Part shown: positions 46,735-56,160 of the stretch, piece after piece
Position numbering within the stretch: the first letter of the stretch is position 1
Layout: every line of letters starts with the position of its first letter
Virus record (IMG/VR): IMGVR_UViG_3300028920_000022
Span: 394,730-458,729 of that record
Reading direction: 5' to 3' (one strand)
Length of the DNA: 64,000 nucleotides
Program-made: the position numbers and the translations under genes
The notes under the pieces: generated by a model
Told to the model about the DNA's origin: nothing
The model's input: the letters and a program-made list of their open reading frames with translations, nothing else
The model's database searches: none

Positions 46735-47378
46735 GCCTTAACCATTTCTGCTATATCTTTTACACCAGCCATAGCACCCATACCAACTGTTCCGCAAGCT
46801 AGTTTCTTAGATACAGGATATACTATGGTAAAATTATGTCTACGTACTTCGTTGTAGTTATATGCTTTATCGTAGTGTCGGTAGAAATGCCTTTCCCAAA
46901 GCACATTTAACTGTTCGGTTGTAATCGGATGCTCCCACATGTCTGTGTTCATAGCGGGAGCTACAATAATAGGTTTCGTAATAGGATAAGCTCTATAAAT
47001 ACAAGTTAATAGGTTGTCACATATTCCGTTTGCCATTTTTGCCAGCGTATTTGCTGTTAATGGCGCAATAACAAATACATTCGCCCAATCTTTTAACTCA
47101 ATGTGTAAAACTGGATCCCCTATATCCATCCATAACCATTCTTGTTCGTCAGTTAGAATATCAATACCGCCTCCCCAAAAAGTAAGCTTCTTACCTTGTG
47201 ATATCGGCAGGTTATCGATCAGCTGGCAACGAGTATCTTGGTCTCTGATTTGTTCAACAATATTAAGAGCAGACTTGGTAGCAACAACTTTAACGTCACC
47301 AAGCTTACTGAGTTCCGAATGCAGCTCTATTGTTTTTATTGCAGCAACTGATCCGGTTATTCCAAGTAGAATGTTCAT
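46722..47378 (-). CDS. coaC: Phosphopantothenoylcysteine decarboxylase (HFCD flavoprotein)
   Basis: ILLGITGSVAA, PVLHIEL..WA..FVIAPLTANTLAKMANGICDNLLT, APAMNTDMWEHP, K.LACG..GMGAMA. Confidence 0.88.
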   Translation of the reverse strand: MNILLGITGSVAAIKTIELHSELSKLGDVKVVATKSALNIVEQIRDQDTRCQLIDNLPISQGKKLTFWGGGIDILTDEQEWLWMDIGDPVLHIELKDWANVFVIAPLTANTLAKMANGICDNLLTCIYRAYPITKPIIVAPAMNTDMWEHPITTEQLNVLWERHFYRHYDKAYNYNEVRRHNFTIVYPVSKKLACGTVGMGAMAGVKDIAEMVKACLK

Positions 47379-47647
47379 TCTCGCTCCGAGAATGAAAGGG
47401 CTTTTTCTGGTATTCCCGCTTGTATGAATTTTTCCCGAAGATCCATGTTGTCCATAGAGGTATAGAATTCGAATTCATCTTTATTTTCAGAAAGTTCCCA
47501 GCCACGATCATAATCCTCCTTCAATATTGCTGAAAAGATTTTATCATAACCACGAACAATGGTTTTTTGAATGTCAGTAAGCCACTTCTTTTTTACAACA
47601 AAAGAAGAGCTAGAAGAGTTTGATACGAATCCGGTTCTAATTTTCAC
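47375..47647 (-). CDS. FVSNSSSSSF-leader family protein (copy 5)
   Basis: GTG start; KIRTGFVSNSSSSSFVV. Confidence 0.7.
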   Translation of the reverse strand: MKIRTGFVSNSSSSSFVVKKKWLTDIQKTIVRGYDKIFSAILKEDYDRGWELSENKDEFEFYTSMDNMDLREKFIQAGIPEKALSFSERE

Positions 47648-47877
47648 GTTATCACCTCTTTGATAGCACATTCACTACAAGACATTATTTCATTAACTTT
47701 TTTGATTTCTATGTTATTATACACTCCATAATTTGTTTTGTAGGTTATCGTTTGAGATGCATGGGTCGGCTCATTTTTGTCCAACAAATTAAACGCCTCT
47801 GTGCCACAGCATTCGCATATCCATTTGTAGACATGGGCATATAAACGTTCTTTTCTAATCCACACGTGGTCTTGCAT
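47644..47877 (-). CDS. Small Cys protein, IKDIIE-like end
   Basis: WICECC; ends SCSECAIKEVIT. Confidence 0.6.
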   Translation of the reverse strand: MQDHVWIRKERLYAHVYKWICECCGTEAFNLLDKNEPTHASQTITYKTNYGVYNNIEIKKVNEIMSCSECAIKEVIT

Positions 47878-48551
47878 TAGTATGTCTCCAACAGATCAAT
47901 TAGTCGTTTATACAGGTTTTTTCTGTCCACCTCGTAACAATAATTGCCGGTTATTACATAGGCTCTTTCCCGTGACCATTCTAAACAGTTGGCAATCATA
48001 ATGTTAGCATTCGAGGCTTCTCGGCTCTTTTTAGCTATCTCTATTAATTCCTCATCTTTCATTCCAACTTGTAACTTAAATTTTACCAATATTCCCTTGA
48101 AACCCCAAGGGTCACGAATCTTATCTATTATTTTTTCTGTTGGTTTTAGTTTTAAAAACAAATCTGAATGGTTGGATTTAATTTTGGCGCTATTATCCAC
48201 AGATTTCATTGAAAAAGTACGATCTCCATATCTATAAGTCTCTTCTCCAACCAACACTTCGGATACTTGATAATCGCTTATTGCCGCAGAATGAATTATT
48301 ACATCATATTTCTTTTTAGTAATTTCTTTTTCCATAGCAGAATATAATTCGTCGTATGTTTTGAATGCTATAAATTTTACGTCAGGATCTGTTTCAGATT
48401 GCATTGGGGAGTTGTTTAACAGAGTTACTTTATGTTTTTTGATCGCTTCGTTTGCTATATTAACAGCTGTTCTGCCGCGAAATATGTTGGTTATCCCACG
48501 AACCTTATCTATAGGCACAAGGGTGCTTCCGCCGGTAATTAAAATTTTCAT
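47877..48551 (-). CDS. coaB: Phosphopantothenate-cysteine ligase
   Basis: ILITGG.T..PIDKVR.ITN...G, IHSAAISDY, L.LKPTEKII, LVKFKL, .N..IAN. Confidence 0.85.
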   Translation of the reverse strand: MKILITGGSTLVPIDKVRGITNIFRGRTAVNIANEAIKKHKVTLLNNSPMQSETDPDVKFIAFKTYDELYSAMEKEITKKKYDVIIHSAAISDYQVSEVLVGEETYRYGDRTFSMKSVDNSAKIKSNHSDLFLKLKPTEKIIDKIRDPWGFKGILVKFKLQVGMKDEELIEIAKKSREASNANIMIANCLEWSRERAYVITGNYCYEVDRKNLYKRLIDLLETY

Positions 48552-48653
48552 GTGGCTCTCAGTTCTAATTTGTTCCAAGTTTCAGTTTGACAAGGAGCCT
48601 TGGTGGTGTGTAAAATAGAAAATCTATATCCCCAATCTATTTTAATAATACAA

Positions 48654-48782
48654 CTAGAAACTGTCCCAAAATCTTGTAAGTGTACGCATAGCGAAGTCTT
48701 CTGAATATCTATTATATTTTTCGTCTCTATTAGCTCCGACAATTAATCCGTCGTAACTCCAGGAGGTAATTAACGTACACAT
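48654..48782 (-). pseudogene. Truncated NRDE/TANGO2-family N-terminus (42 aa; not in track)
   Basis: MCTLITSWSYDGLIVGANRDEKYNR matches the MC...ANRDE signature; TAG after 42 codons. Confidence 0.55.
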
Positions 48783-48810
48783 ATTTGGCAAACTATTCTG
48801 GTTGGAAACT

Positions 48811-50898
48811 CTATACTAGTTGTGCCAATTTGTAGTAGGAATACGCGCCTTTGTCAAGAGATTTCGCTACCCTGCGTAATTGATACGTTTTTTTCGTCAA
48901 ATCTTCAGGCTTTACTTCTGCTGACTCTGTAGGAAACTGCATTATTTCTGGAATCCTGTCGTATACGTCTTTATTTCTGTCGGGTATGGAATGCCATTTC
49001 TTCTGTTGCATCTCAAAACTGGTTAGATATACTTTTCTTTCTATTTCTTTTCCAAACTTGTTCATGGCATCTAACAATAATGGAACCCAGAACTTCTTTA
49101 TTGCTGATACCCACCACTTTAAGGCATTTAATTCTTTTTTGTTGTTTTGTATCTCTAAATTATGGAATGAGCTTTTAAATGTTTGCGCATCAATGTCTGT
49201 TTGTAAGTTGTCAATAATTATGTTGCCATCACTCATGGAAAAGCGAGCATACGCCAAAGATCCCGGATGATGCCCCTTTAGTTTTATATACTCTCCGTAG
49301 ACTTCTCGGGCTCCCGGTTGTGTTAGTTCAGCGTAATCTAAAAATTCTTTGCTTGGGTATATAGCAAAAACCTTGCCAGCATGATGCCACGCAGAATTCT
49401 CAATTCTAATGTCAACCGGCAAAGGTTTGAAACCCTTGAGTTTTGGGTATTTTTCTTGGAAATTGTTTAATTGCTTTTTGTGATCTTCGAAATAATTATA
49501 TAGGTCATGTAGGGAATCCAGACTTCTACTTTTAACCAGTACAGCGTTTTGTGCTTCCTTTTTCTGTATTCTCTTGATAACGAATTCAATCTGTTTATCA
49601 AATGGCATAGTGGGATTGGCGTTTACCTTTTTTATTCCAGCTTTTATTGCCGGAATAATAGACCCATCTATCATCTTTTCGTCTATGGGAAACATTTTGG
49701 GAAGACTATCTATTATCTCTGCTGCCTCTTCCAAATCTCTGTCTTCTATGTCAGATTCAACCCCTTCTTCCCGATCTTCTTCGTAACAGTTAGCACAAAC
49801 TAAATCTCCACGCTCTTCGTCATAATACATATCTTCTGCGTAGTGATATTCGTTACACCCCTCACAATAACGGTAAACCTCATTAAAACATTCTTGGTGG
49901 TAATAGTCGCCCTCATATTCTATTGTTTCATCATCGTCTTTTAAGACACCTTTATTACACGCTTCACATAAAGCAGCATGCTCCTCGCAATAGGTTTCTG
50001 TGACTTTTAGGTTCCAATGATAATTGTGCTGTGCATCGGGCTCTTTGCGTATGACACGCTCCACCTCAATTATGTCATCGTCATCAGTAGTATAAAAGTC
50101 ACAATCTTCGTGTTGACAATAATATCTATGATCCTCGGCACATGTTTCGCATAATGGGAGTAAAACTTTACTCTTAACCACCTCTATTGCTGCAAGCCCT
50201 TCCAGCGGTTTTAGAGTGTTTATTATTTTTTGACACTCTATGAAAAACGGTTTGTATAATTGTATTATTTTTTCTTCTAGTTGTGGTTTGGCATTATTAG
50301 GGTTTATAGCAGGATTAAGTTCCCTAGCCATTCTGTCGTTATATGTGTGGGGCAAACGGGGAATTTCTATTTTAATGTTATTGACAAACAAAGCAGCATA
50401 CAACTGACTTAGCACACCTTCTATTAGCTGAGCAAGATTGGACATTTTATTACGCATACATTGCAAAACAGTAAAATCAAAAATATAATCATCAGCCCTG
50501 GCTTTGCCCAAACAATCCTCTATGGCTGCTGGAAAATCAGCAATTGTTTTGTTTAGCGTGTTTTGCATCAAACCCAACATAGCATTATCCAACACCGGTC
50601 CCGTTCTTTTTTCTTCATTAATGTAATCTTCGTCAAACTCTTCTATATTTCTGGCGTCCCAGATGGGGTTTCCGGCTTTGTCTAAAATTGGGTTTCGACA
50701 ATCGTGACATAACCAATATGGTGTCCCATTCATCCTGCCATGATAGGGAGCAACCTCATCAGTTAATGTGGCACCTTCTCGGCGCTCACGGTTCCAAGAG
50801 CCGCTACTAATGTCTTTGAATGGAAACGTTAGTTGGTGTTCCCATTTAGCGCGCAAAATTAGCTTGTAGCCATTTGAAGCCGAATATACAAAACGCAT
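48811..50898 (-). CDS. 695-aa multidomain protein with tandem CxxC zinc fingers
   Basis: Six or more CxxC pairs; C-terminal GHH..LAYARF...IIDNLQTD domain; ends YKLAQLV. Confidence 0.7.
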   Translation of the reverse strand: MRFVYSASNGYKLILRAKWEHQLTFPFKDISSGSWNRERREGATLTDEVAPYHGRMNGTPYWLCHDCRNPILDKAGNPIWDARNIEEFDEDYINEEKRTGPVLDNAMLGLMQNTLNKTIADFPAAIEDCLGKARADDYIFDFTVLQCMRNKMSNLAQLIEGVLSQLYAALFVNNIKIEIPRLPHTYNDRMARELNPAINPNNAKPQLEEKIIQLYKPFFIECQKIINTLKPLEGLAAIEVVKSKVLLPLCETCAEDHRYYCQHEDCDFYTTDDDDIIEVERVIRKEPDAQHNYHWNLKVTETYCEEHAALCEACNKGVLKDDDETIEYEGDYYHQECFNEVYRYCEGCNEYHYAEDMYYDEERGDLVCANCYEEDREEGVESDIEDRDLEEAAEIIDSLPKMFPIDEKMIDGSIIPAIKAGIKKVNANPTMPFDKQIEFVIKRIQKKEAQNAVLVKSRSLDSLHDLYNYFEDHKKQLNNFQEKYPKLKGFKPLPVDIRIENSAWHHAGKVFAIYPSKEFLDYAELTQPGAREVYGEYIKLKGHHPGSLAYARFSMSDGNIIIDNLQTDIDAQTFKSSFHNLEIQNNKKELNALKWWVSAIKKFWVPLLLDAMNKFGKEIERKVYLTSFEMQQKKWHSIPDRNKDVYDRIPEIMQFPTESAEVKPEDLTKKTYQLRRVAKSLDKGAYSYYKLAQLV

Positions 50899-50912
50899 AT
50901 ACGAATGCGGAA

Positions 50913-51215
50913 TTATTCAGTTTCCTGCGTTATAACCCTTTTTAGGTCTTCTACGCTTACTATACAGGGCTCTTCGTCTGTATTTTGCTCATCATTATCA
51001 TCCACATATTTCTGCGCAAACATGGATATTTTGGTTTCTTGTTCTTGTGGCAACCTACCGCCCCAATTGTTAGCTACGTTAACCCTGTAACAATCTTGAT
51101 TATAGATTACGCACACCCACAGATGGGAAAATTCTCGAACCAATTCGTGTCTTAGGCTGTTGGCTAACTCACGATTAGTAGTTGTGGCTACAAAAAAATC
51201 TTTGCTATTTTCCAT
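50913..51215 (-). CDS. Hypothetical protein
   Basis: ORF in operon. Confidence 0.6.
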   Translation of the reverse strand: MENSKDFFVATTTNRELANSLRHELVREFSHLWVCVIYNQDCYRVNVANNWGGRLPQEQETKISMFAQKYVDDNDEQNTDEEPCIVSVEDLKRVITQETE

Positions 51216-51304
51216 TAAATCACCACTAGTATTACCAATATAGTAAAAAACGCTCCTACCAAAAAATCAAACCTATTCCCATATAACCAACCTGTTTTTT
51301 TCAT
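51215..51304 (-). CDS. Small membrane peptide (29 aa; not in track)
   Basis: MKKTGWLYGNRFDFLVGAFFTILVILVVI*; ATGA and TAATG coupling at both ends. Confidence 0.5.
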   Translation of the reverse strand: MKKTGWLYGNRFDFLVGAFFTILVILVVI

Positions 51305-51672
51305 GATTTTAATACTCCAACTAAATTCAGTAATGCCATTCCTGGCCAAAACAAAAATGTAACCAAAAAATTCAAAATAAGAGTTAATACAAATACAATA
51401 ACGAAAGCCGCTGATTTATTAATAGTTTCCGTTTCTACGCCAACAAAATAGGTTTCAAATGTTTCTCGCAGAATTAAACGATCTTCTTTAAATAATAATA
51501 ACCTGGCGGGAAACCATGTTAACCCTAAAAATAAACCTATCAAAAGATAGATTTTCGTTGAAATGAAAAGCGCTACTAAAATAGACGTTAACAGCAACAA
51601 TACGTAATTACTTACTTTAACCATATCTACAAAGGATACTAATTTATGCTGTAGTTCTCGACGGTTAACCAA
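51301..51672 (-). CDS. Membrane protein
   Basis: Multiple TM segments. Confidence 0.6.
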   Translation of the reverse strand: MVNRRELQHKLVSFVDMVKVSNYVLLLLTSILVALFISTKIYLLIGLFLGLTWFPARLLLFKEDRLILRETFETYFVGVETETINKSAAFVIVFVLTLILNFLVTFLFWPGMALLNLVGVLKS

Positions 51673-51862
51673 CGTTTAAAATTTCTGTTACTTCATTGTT
51701 GGTTACTTTTACATTGATTCTGGTAGGAGAATTTTCGTTTTGTGTCACAAATTTCAAACCATCTTTCTCTACAATACGAAAAGAAAAACCAAGTTCTCGA
51801 ACCAGTTTTGATGCCTCTGTAGGTGTAAGACCGATAATATCTTCTAGAATTTCGTGTTCCAT
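51665..51862 (-). CDS. Small phage protein
   Basis: IIGLT..EA...V...G..FRIV..DG....T......RINV.V pattern. Confidence 0.6.
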   Translation of the reverse strand: MEHEILEDIIGLTPTEASKLVRELGFSFRIVEKDGLKFVTQNENSPTRINVKVTNNEVTEILNVG

Positions 51863-51944
51863 TTTATCTTTCCTATGTGTTGAAATGTGGTTGTGACGCG
51901 CTAGTAATGTTCTACTAAAACGTGGTATAAATGCTCATATTAAT

Positions 51945-53336
51945 ATGCGCATATTTTTCTATCTAACGTTAATTTTTGTAATTTTGTTTTCTGTCAATTG
52001 TGGCAGCAGTTCAGAAAGTTCTCCAAATAAGGAAAACCATGCAACAGGTGGTAGCCAAATAAACGCTGCTGGTAGTGGTGGAGAAGGGGCAATAATGTCT
52101 GGAGCCAGCGGTATATACTCAAATATTAGTAATGGCGGGCAAAGCGGAAGTCAAATTATAGCTTCTGGTGGGGCTGCAGGAATTATTGAAATTACTGGCG
52201 GAAGTTCTACTAGTGATGGTCCCGGTTTAGGAGGGGGAACAACTAGTGATCCTGGTCCTAGCGTTGGTGGGGGCAGCACTCAGGATCCTGGTGGGGTAGG
52301 TGGCGGAACTACCGAAGATCCTGGTTCAGGCGGAGGAAACACTGATGATCCTGGCTCAGGTGGAGGATCTACGGTTGATCCTGGAGTTGGCGGAGGAAAT
52401 ACTGATGACCCAGGAACAGGTGGGGCTACCGCAGATCCCGGCTCAGGTGGAACAACAAGCCCAGGTTTGGGCGGAGCTACAGAAGACCCAGGTACTGGCG
52501 GAACCAATGACCCAGGTACCGGCGGAGCTACAGCAGATGGTGGTACTGGCGGGTACTCTCCTCCTGATGAAGATTGTCCATGGGTGTGTGTTCCTGCGGC
52601 AATTGAAGGTACAAATCTTATTGTTCTCAACGATGCGGCTCCAAGTGGTGCTGACGTAGAAGGTAGAATGTATGTCGGTAATAATGCTGTTTTACCTAGT
52701 GGCTATGCGGTAAATGCAGTAGAAACTATTGTGGGAGCTAATGAATATGCTTTAGTGGTTGGCAATGACCTTACTGTCAATGGCGGTACAGTTCATGGTG
52801 CTATCGCTTTTGGTGGCGAAATGAGCGGATCTATAACCGCAACAGGTGGAATTGTAAATGCTAGCCCAGTAGATTTTGAACAGCTTAGCAATGATATGTT
52901 GTACTGGAGCGATACTCTTGCCGAAACACCAGATAACGGAACGGTAAGCGGATCTTTGGTTTTGACTGGTACCGATTTAGAGGTCAATGTATTTACTGTA
53001 GATGCGTCAGCGTTGGCGGCAGCTAGTGGCTTATCAATTACAGTTCCAGATGATTCTACAGTACTCATTAACGTAACAGGTGCAGAGGTGTCTATCACCA
53101 ACATGGGCTTTAATTATATTGGCACAGATAGCCAACATGTTATGTTTAATATGCCTCAGGCTGAGACTGTCTTTATGAGCGGAATTAGTTTGCAGGGGAC
53201 TTTATTAGCGCCTCGTGCAGATTTGACCTTCGAAAACGGTAACGCTGAGGGACAAGTGATAGTGTATAATCTTGTTACCGGAGGCGGCGAATATCACCCA
53301 TACTACTTCACTGGTTGTCCCTGGGAATGTATATAG
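51945..53336 (+). CDS. Choice-of-anchor A family lipoprotein with Gly-rich repeat stalk
   Basis: Lipobox SVNC; DPGxGGG repeats; NLIVLND...DVEGRMYVG, NVF, TVLINVTG, VMFN, GTLLAPRA, GGEYH. Confidence 0.8.
   Translation: MRIFFYLTLIFVILFSVNCGSSSESSPNKENHATGGSQINAAGSGGEGAIMSGASGIYSNISNGGQSGSQIIASGGAAGIIEITGGSSTSDGPGLGGGTTSDPGPSVGGGSTQDPGGVGGGTTEDPGSGGGNTDDPGSGGGSTVDPGVGGGNTDDPGTGGATADPGSGGTTSPGLGGATEDPGTGGTNDPGTGGATADGGTGGYSPPDEDCPWVCVPAAIEGTNLIVLNDAAPSGADVEGRMYVGNNAVLPSGYAVNAVETIVGANEYALVVGNDLTVNGGTVHGAIAFGGEMSGSITATGGIVNASPVDFEQLSNDMLYWSDTLAETPDNGTVSGSLVLTGTDLEVNVFTVDASALAAASGLSITVPDDSTVLINVTGAEVSITNMGFNYIGTDSQHVMFNMPQAETVFMSGISLQGTLLAPRADLTFENGNAEGQVIVYNLVTGGGEYHPYYFTGCPWECI
52213..52545 (+). 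repeat. About ten Gly-rich D(P)GxGGxT repeat units
   Basis: GATCCTGGT/GACCCAGG-type units spaced ~27-36 bp. Confidence 0.75.
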
Positions 53337-54159
53337 CCGATACCAACTCTTTAACAGCCTTTTGCCATTTAAGTAAATTATACTGTTTTAGTTTTCTAAA
53401 GAACTTGCTAGCAATGAAATCTTCGCTAGGAGCACCTAAACCGACAAACACTTTTATTGCCTTATTTTTATCATAATCAGGATCGAATAGTGATTTGAAT
53501 AGTAGGAACCTATTTAGTTTTTTAGTTTCCTGTAACAGTAACGGATAAAATTCTATGTCTCTTAATGAGTGTGATTGCTGCTCAAAATTAAGGCGCTGTC
53601 CAGTATTGGGGCTTCGTTTATATCCGTATGGGTCCCGAGTTGAGCGCATTTCTCTAGCGGGTAAACCGAAGTTTTTATTTGATAAAAACGTTTGAGTCAT
53701 ATGTACCAACTCATGCTCAACGACCAAACGAATAGTTTGTAACACATTAGGTATAAAGGCAGAATTATTTAAATCTTTTTCGGTTGGTGCTGGAGTTTTT
53801 ATCACCATAGTGTTAGCGATCCCAGACCAAGCACCTCCCCCGGCAGAAGGGGCAATTATAACATTTATGTCTGGAATGTATTCTTTGTTCTCAAACAACG
53901 GGGCATAGCGCCAACCTTCTAGTTTTAGTGGAAAACTGGCATCAGGCATTTCTTCAATTAAATCAATTGGTGTATCTGCTACAACATGGCTTGTTTTTAA
54001 TTGGGATATGTCTTTCCCAGATTGTTGCATCAACCATAAAACATGAGATAGGTACATTTTCTGTACCCATTCGGTAATCTCTTTTTGTGTGGTAGGAGGC
54101 GCTTCTATCATACCTGCGGTAGAGTATAGACGGGCAGTTTTATAAAGAACCTCATACAT
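53308..54159 (-). CDS. Zincin-like metallopeptidase-motif protein
   Basis: VVEHELVHMTQ (HExxH), downstream DIEFY. Confidence 0.6.
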   Translation of the reverse strand: MYEVLYKTARLYSTAGMIEAPPTTQKEITEWVQKMYLSHVLWLMQQSGKDISQLKTSHVVADTPIDLIEEMPDASFPLKLEGWRYAPLFENKEYIPDINVIIAPSAGGGAWSGIANTMVIKTPAPTEKDLNNSAFIPNVLQTIRLVVEHELVHMTQTFLSNKNFGLPAREMRSTRDPYGYKRSPNTGQRLNFEQQSHSLRDIEFYPLLLQETKKLNRFLLFKSLFDPDYDKNKAIKVFVGLGAPSEDFIASKFFRKLKQYNLLKWQKAVKELVSAIYIPRDNQ

Positions 54160-54163
54160 CTCT

Positions 54164-54658
54164 CTAAATTGCGGAATTATTGCTATTTAAGTCTGGTTGA
54201 GGAGAAATGCGGTAGATCATCTTGTTTTGTTGATGAGCATATCTCATGCAATTTGCCGTTCCTCCGGGGCTACCATTCCAAACCCCAATAACCGCATCTG
54301 CGTTATCTACCATCCATTCGTTTCTTTTCTGCATTTTCCATGGTTCATACCCGCCCTCCGAAACAATTACTATTTCTGCAGCCAAGGATAATAATTGATA
54401 ATATTTGGACTGAGATTCCTGTGGCCAAATATACTCTTGCCCTTTAAAAGGAATGGCGGCAACCCATGGTATATTCAATTCATTACATATCTCTGCACTC
54501 CAGGTATCGATACCAAGAGCCATGCCCGAAATAGCTTTTTGAGGCTTTACTTCTTTTAAAACCCTTTTAATTTCCTTACAAATATGATCGTAAGTAGGAT
54601 TCGGAATAGTAAAACCACCCACCGATTGAGGACGATGTCCAGTAAAACAGACTATCAT
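54164..54658 (-). CDS. SLOG-family (YspA/DUF1273-like) protein
   Basis: FTGHRP, ISGMALGID, AAIPFKGQ, MQKRNEWMVD, GGTANC. Confidence 0.85.
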   Translation of the reverse strand: MIVCFTGHRPQSVGGFTIPNPTYDHICKEIKRVLKEVKPQKAISGMALGIDTWSAEICNELNIPWVAAIPFKGQEYIWPQESQSKYYQLLSLAAEIVIVSEGGYEPWKMQKRNEWMVDNADAVIGVWNGSPGGTANCMRYAHQQNKMIYRISPQPDLNSNNSAI

Positions 54659-54666
54659 TGTTATCC

Positions 54667-56148
54667 TTAACTAAGAAGATATCGAATTATTCGCTCGATA
54701 ATTCCTTCTTCCTCGACAGGTTTTTCTTCGACAGGTTTTTTGAATTCGTTTGTAGGAGCTTGGGCTACCGGTATCGGTTTTCCTCGCTTGGCTGCATTAT
54801 ACCTGCCCTGTATTGTAGCGGCAATATCGCCCACAGTATAGTAGCCTTTTTTGTTTCTGTCAAATGTCTTATTCCAACCGTACGCTATTGAACCCTCGCG
54901 AGCAGCAACATAATTTGATGGGCGACCCATCAAATTCGGCATAAATACCGCCAAATAAGCATCTTTTACATTATGTATCTTGCCCTTATGAGGCATATAC
55001 CAGCGTTTTACCATATCTAACTGTTTTAATGCACTTTGTGACTTCATCCATTCCGAAGCCATCTTTTTTCCTTGCAAATCTAGTTTGGTTCCCCGTGGTG
55101 GTACTCCATAGTATTTTTGTATATTAGACGGCATCCATTGAATTAAACCGGTAGCATAAGAATATTTATTTACTGCCTTTGGATTAAACCCAGATTCAAG
55201 ACTAATTACTGTAGCTAACATATTAGGATCTATATCTACGTCATTTGCTACTTGAATTAACTTTTGTTTAAACTCAGGAGTGGTTCTCTCTAACCCTCTT
55301 ACAGGAATTAATCCATCAGATCTGTAATTATTGGTTTGGCGTTCTTCTCCGGTAGGATAATGTAAATCTACACCTTTATGCCATTTAGGATTTCTACTGG
55401 TTGGAGGGTGCCAGCTAATTTTTGCTATATATTTTTCACCGCCCAATGTAAAAGCAATCAAAGTTCCTAATGGGCGATCACCAAACCTTTTTAGTATTGC
55501 TACTGCCGCTTTAGAGAGAGCTGGAGTTACCTCGCTGTCCTTCATAGCCCTCATGTTAACATTTGGCGCAGAAGGGCTCTGTTTACCAGTGGTAGCCCAG
55601 CTCCAAATTTCATCTGCCCATTGAGAATATCCCTTGCCGGTTGGGTGAATTTTGTCTACTTTGCTGTGAGGTAAATTAACTTCTCTGCTATCAAAAAAGT
55701 GTTTGGTATTACTCTGTATTGTCCCTAAAATATTTCTTTTGATAGGTACCCCGGCAGATTTATCTGGCAGTGTTGGTGCCCCTATCCATAGAGGAGTGGC
55801 TCCGGATGATTTGATGGTATTTGTTAATTCTTGGGTTAATGAGGCTATTTGTTTGGTGGACATGCCTCCGTAAGCATCATTAGTACCTAGACAAATAAAT
55901 ACGTGGGTTGGTTGAAAGGTTTTTAACTGATGGTTTAACCATTGTCTGCCTTCGCCTTTGGTCCAATACCATACAGTTTTGCTACCTACGCCTTTCCCTT
56001 TATATGGAATGCCTGCGTTTTCTATGCGCTGTTTTAATGGGGCATTTAAGCCCACAGCCAAGGAGTCACCGATCAGTAGGACTTTTTGCTGGGCGGCGAT
56101 TTTGTGGAAGTTGGAACAGGCTTTTTCCAGGGAAGAATAGCGTAACAT
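54667..56148 (-). CDS. SGNH/GDSL hydrolase fused to a lysozyme-like transglycosylase
   Basis: IGDSLA, LGTND, D.IHPTGKGY; VISLESGFNP.AVN, TGLIQWM, Y.AVFMP. Confidence 0.8.
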   Translation of the reverse strand: MLRYSSLEKACSNFHKIAAQQKVLLIGDSLAVGLNAPLKQRIENAGIPYKGKGVGSKTVWYWTKGEGRQWLNHQLKTFQPTHVFICLGTNDAYGGMSTKQIASLTQELTNTIKSSGATPLWIGAPTLPDKSAGVPIKRNILGTIQSNTKHFFDSREVNLPHSKVDKIHPTGKGYSQWADEIWSWATTGKQSPSAPNVNMRAMKDSEVTPALSKAAVAILKRFGDRPLGTLIAFTLGGEKYIAKISWHPPTSRNPKWHKGVDLHYPTGEERQTNNYRSDGLIPVRGLERTTPEFKQKLIQVANDVDIDPNMLATVISLESGFNPKAVNKYSYATGLIQWMPSNIQKYYGVPPRGTKLDLQGKKMASEWMKSQSALKQLDMVKRWYMPHKGKIHNVKDAYLAVFMPNLMGRPSNYVAAREGSIAYGWNKTFDRNKKGYYTVGDIAATIQGRYNAAKRGKPIPVAQAPTNEFKKPVEEKPVEEEGIIERIIRYLLS

Positions 56149-56160
56149 CTCAGAATAATG

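Noticed and set aside
46722-47378. LanD-type decarboxylase acting on ICA peptides
   Set aside because: The Cys is penultimate rather than terminal, and the adjacent coaB explains the HFCD gene as coaC.
48548-48742. Track ORF MSELIETK...
   Set aside because: No SD or motif; it overlaps the better-supported NRDE-like frame.
52280-52659. Track ORFs 52280-52630(-) and 52300-52659(+)
   Set aside because: Shadow frames of the Gly-rich repeat in the choice-of-anchor gene.
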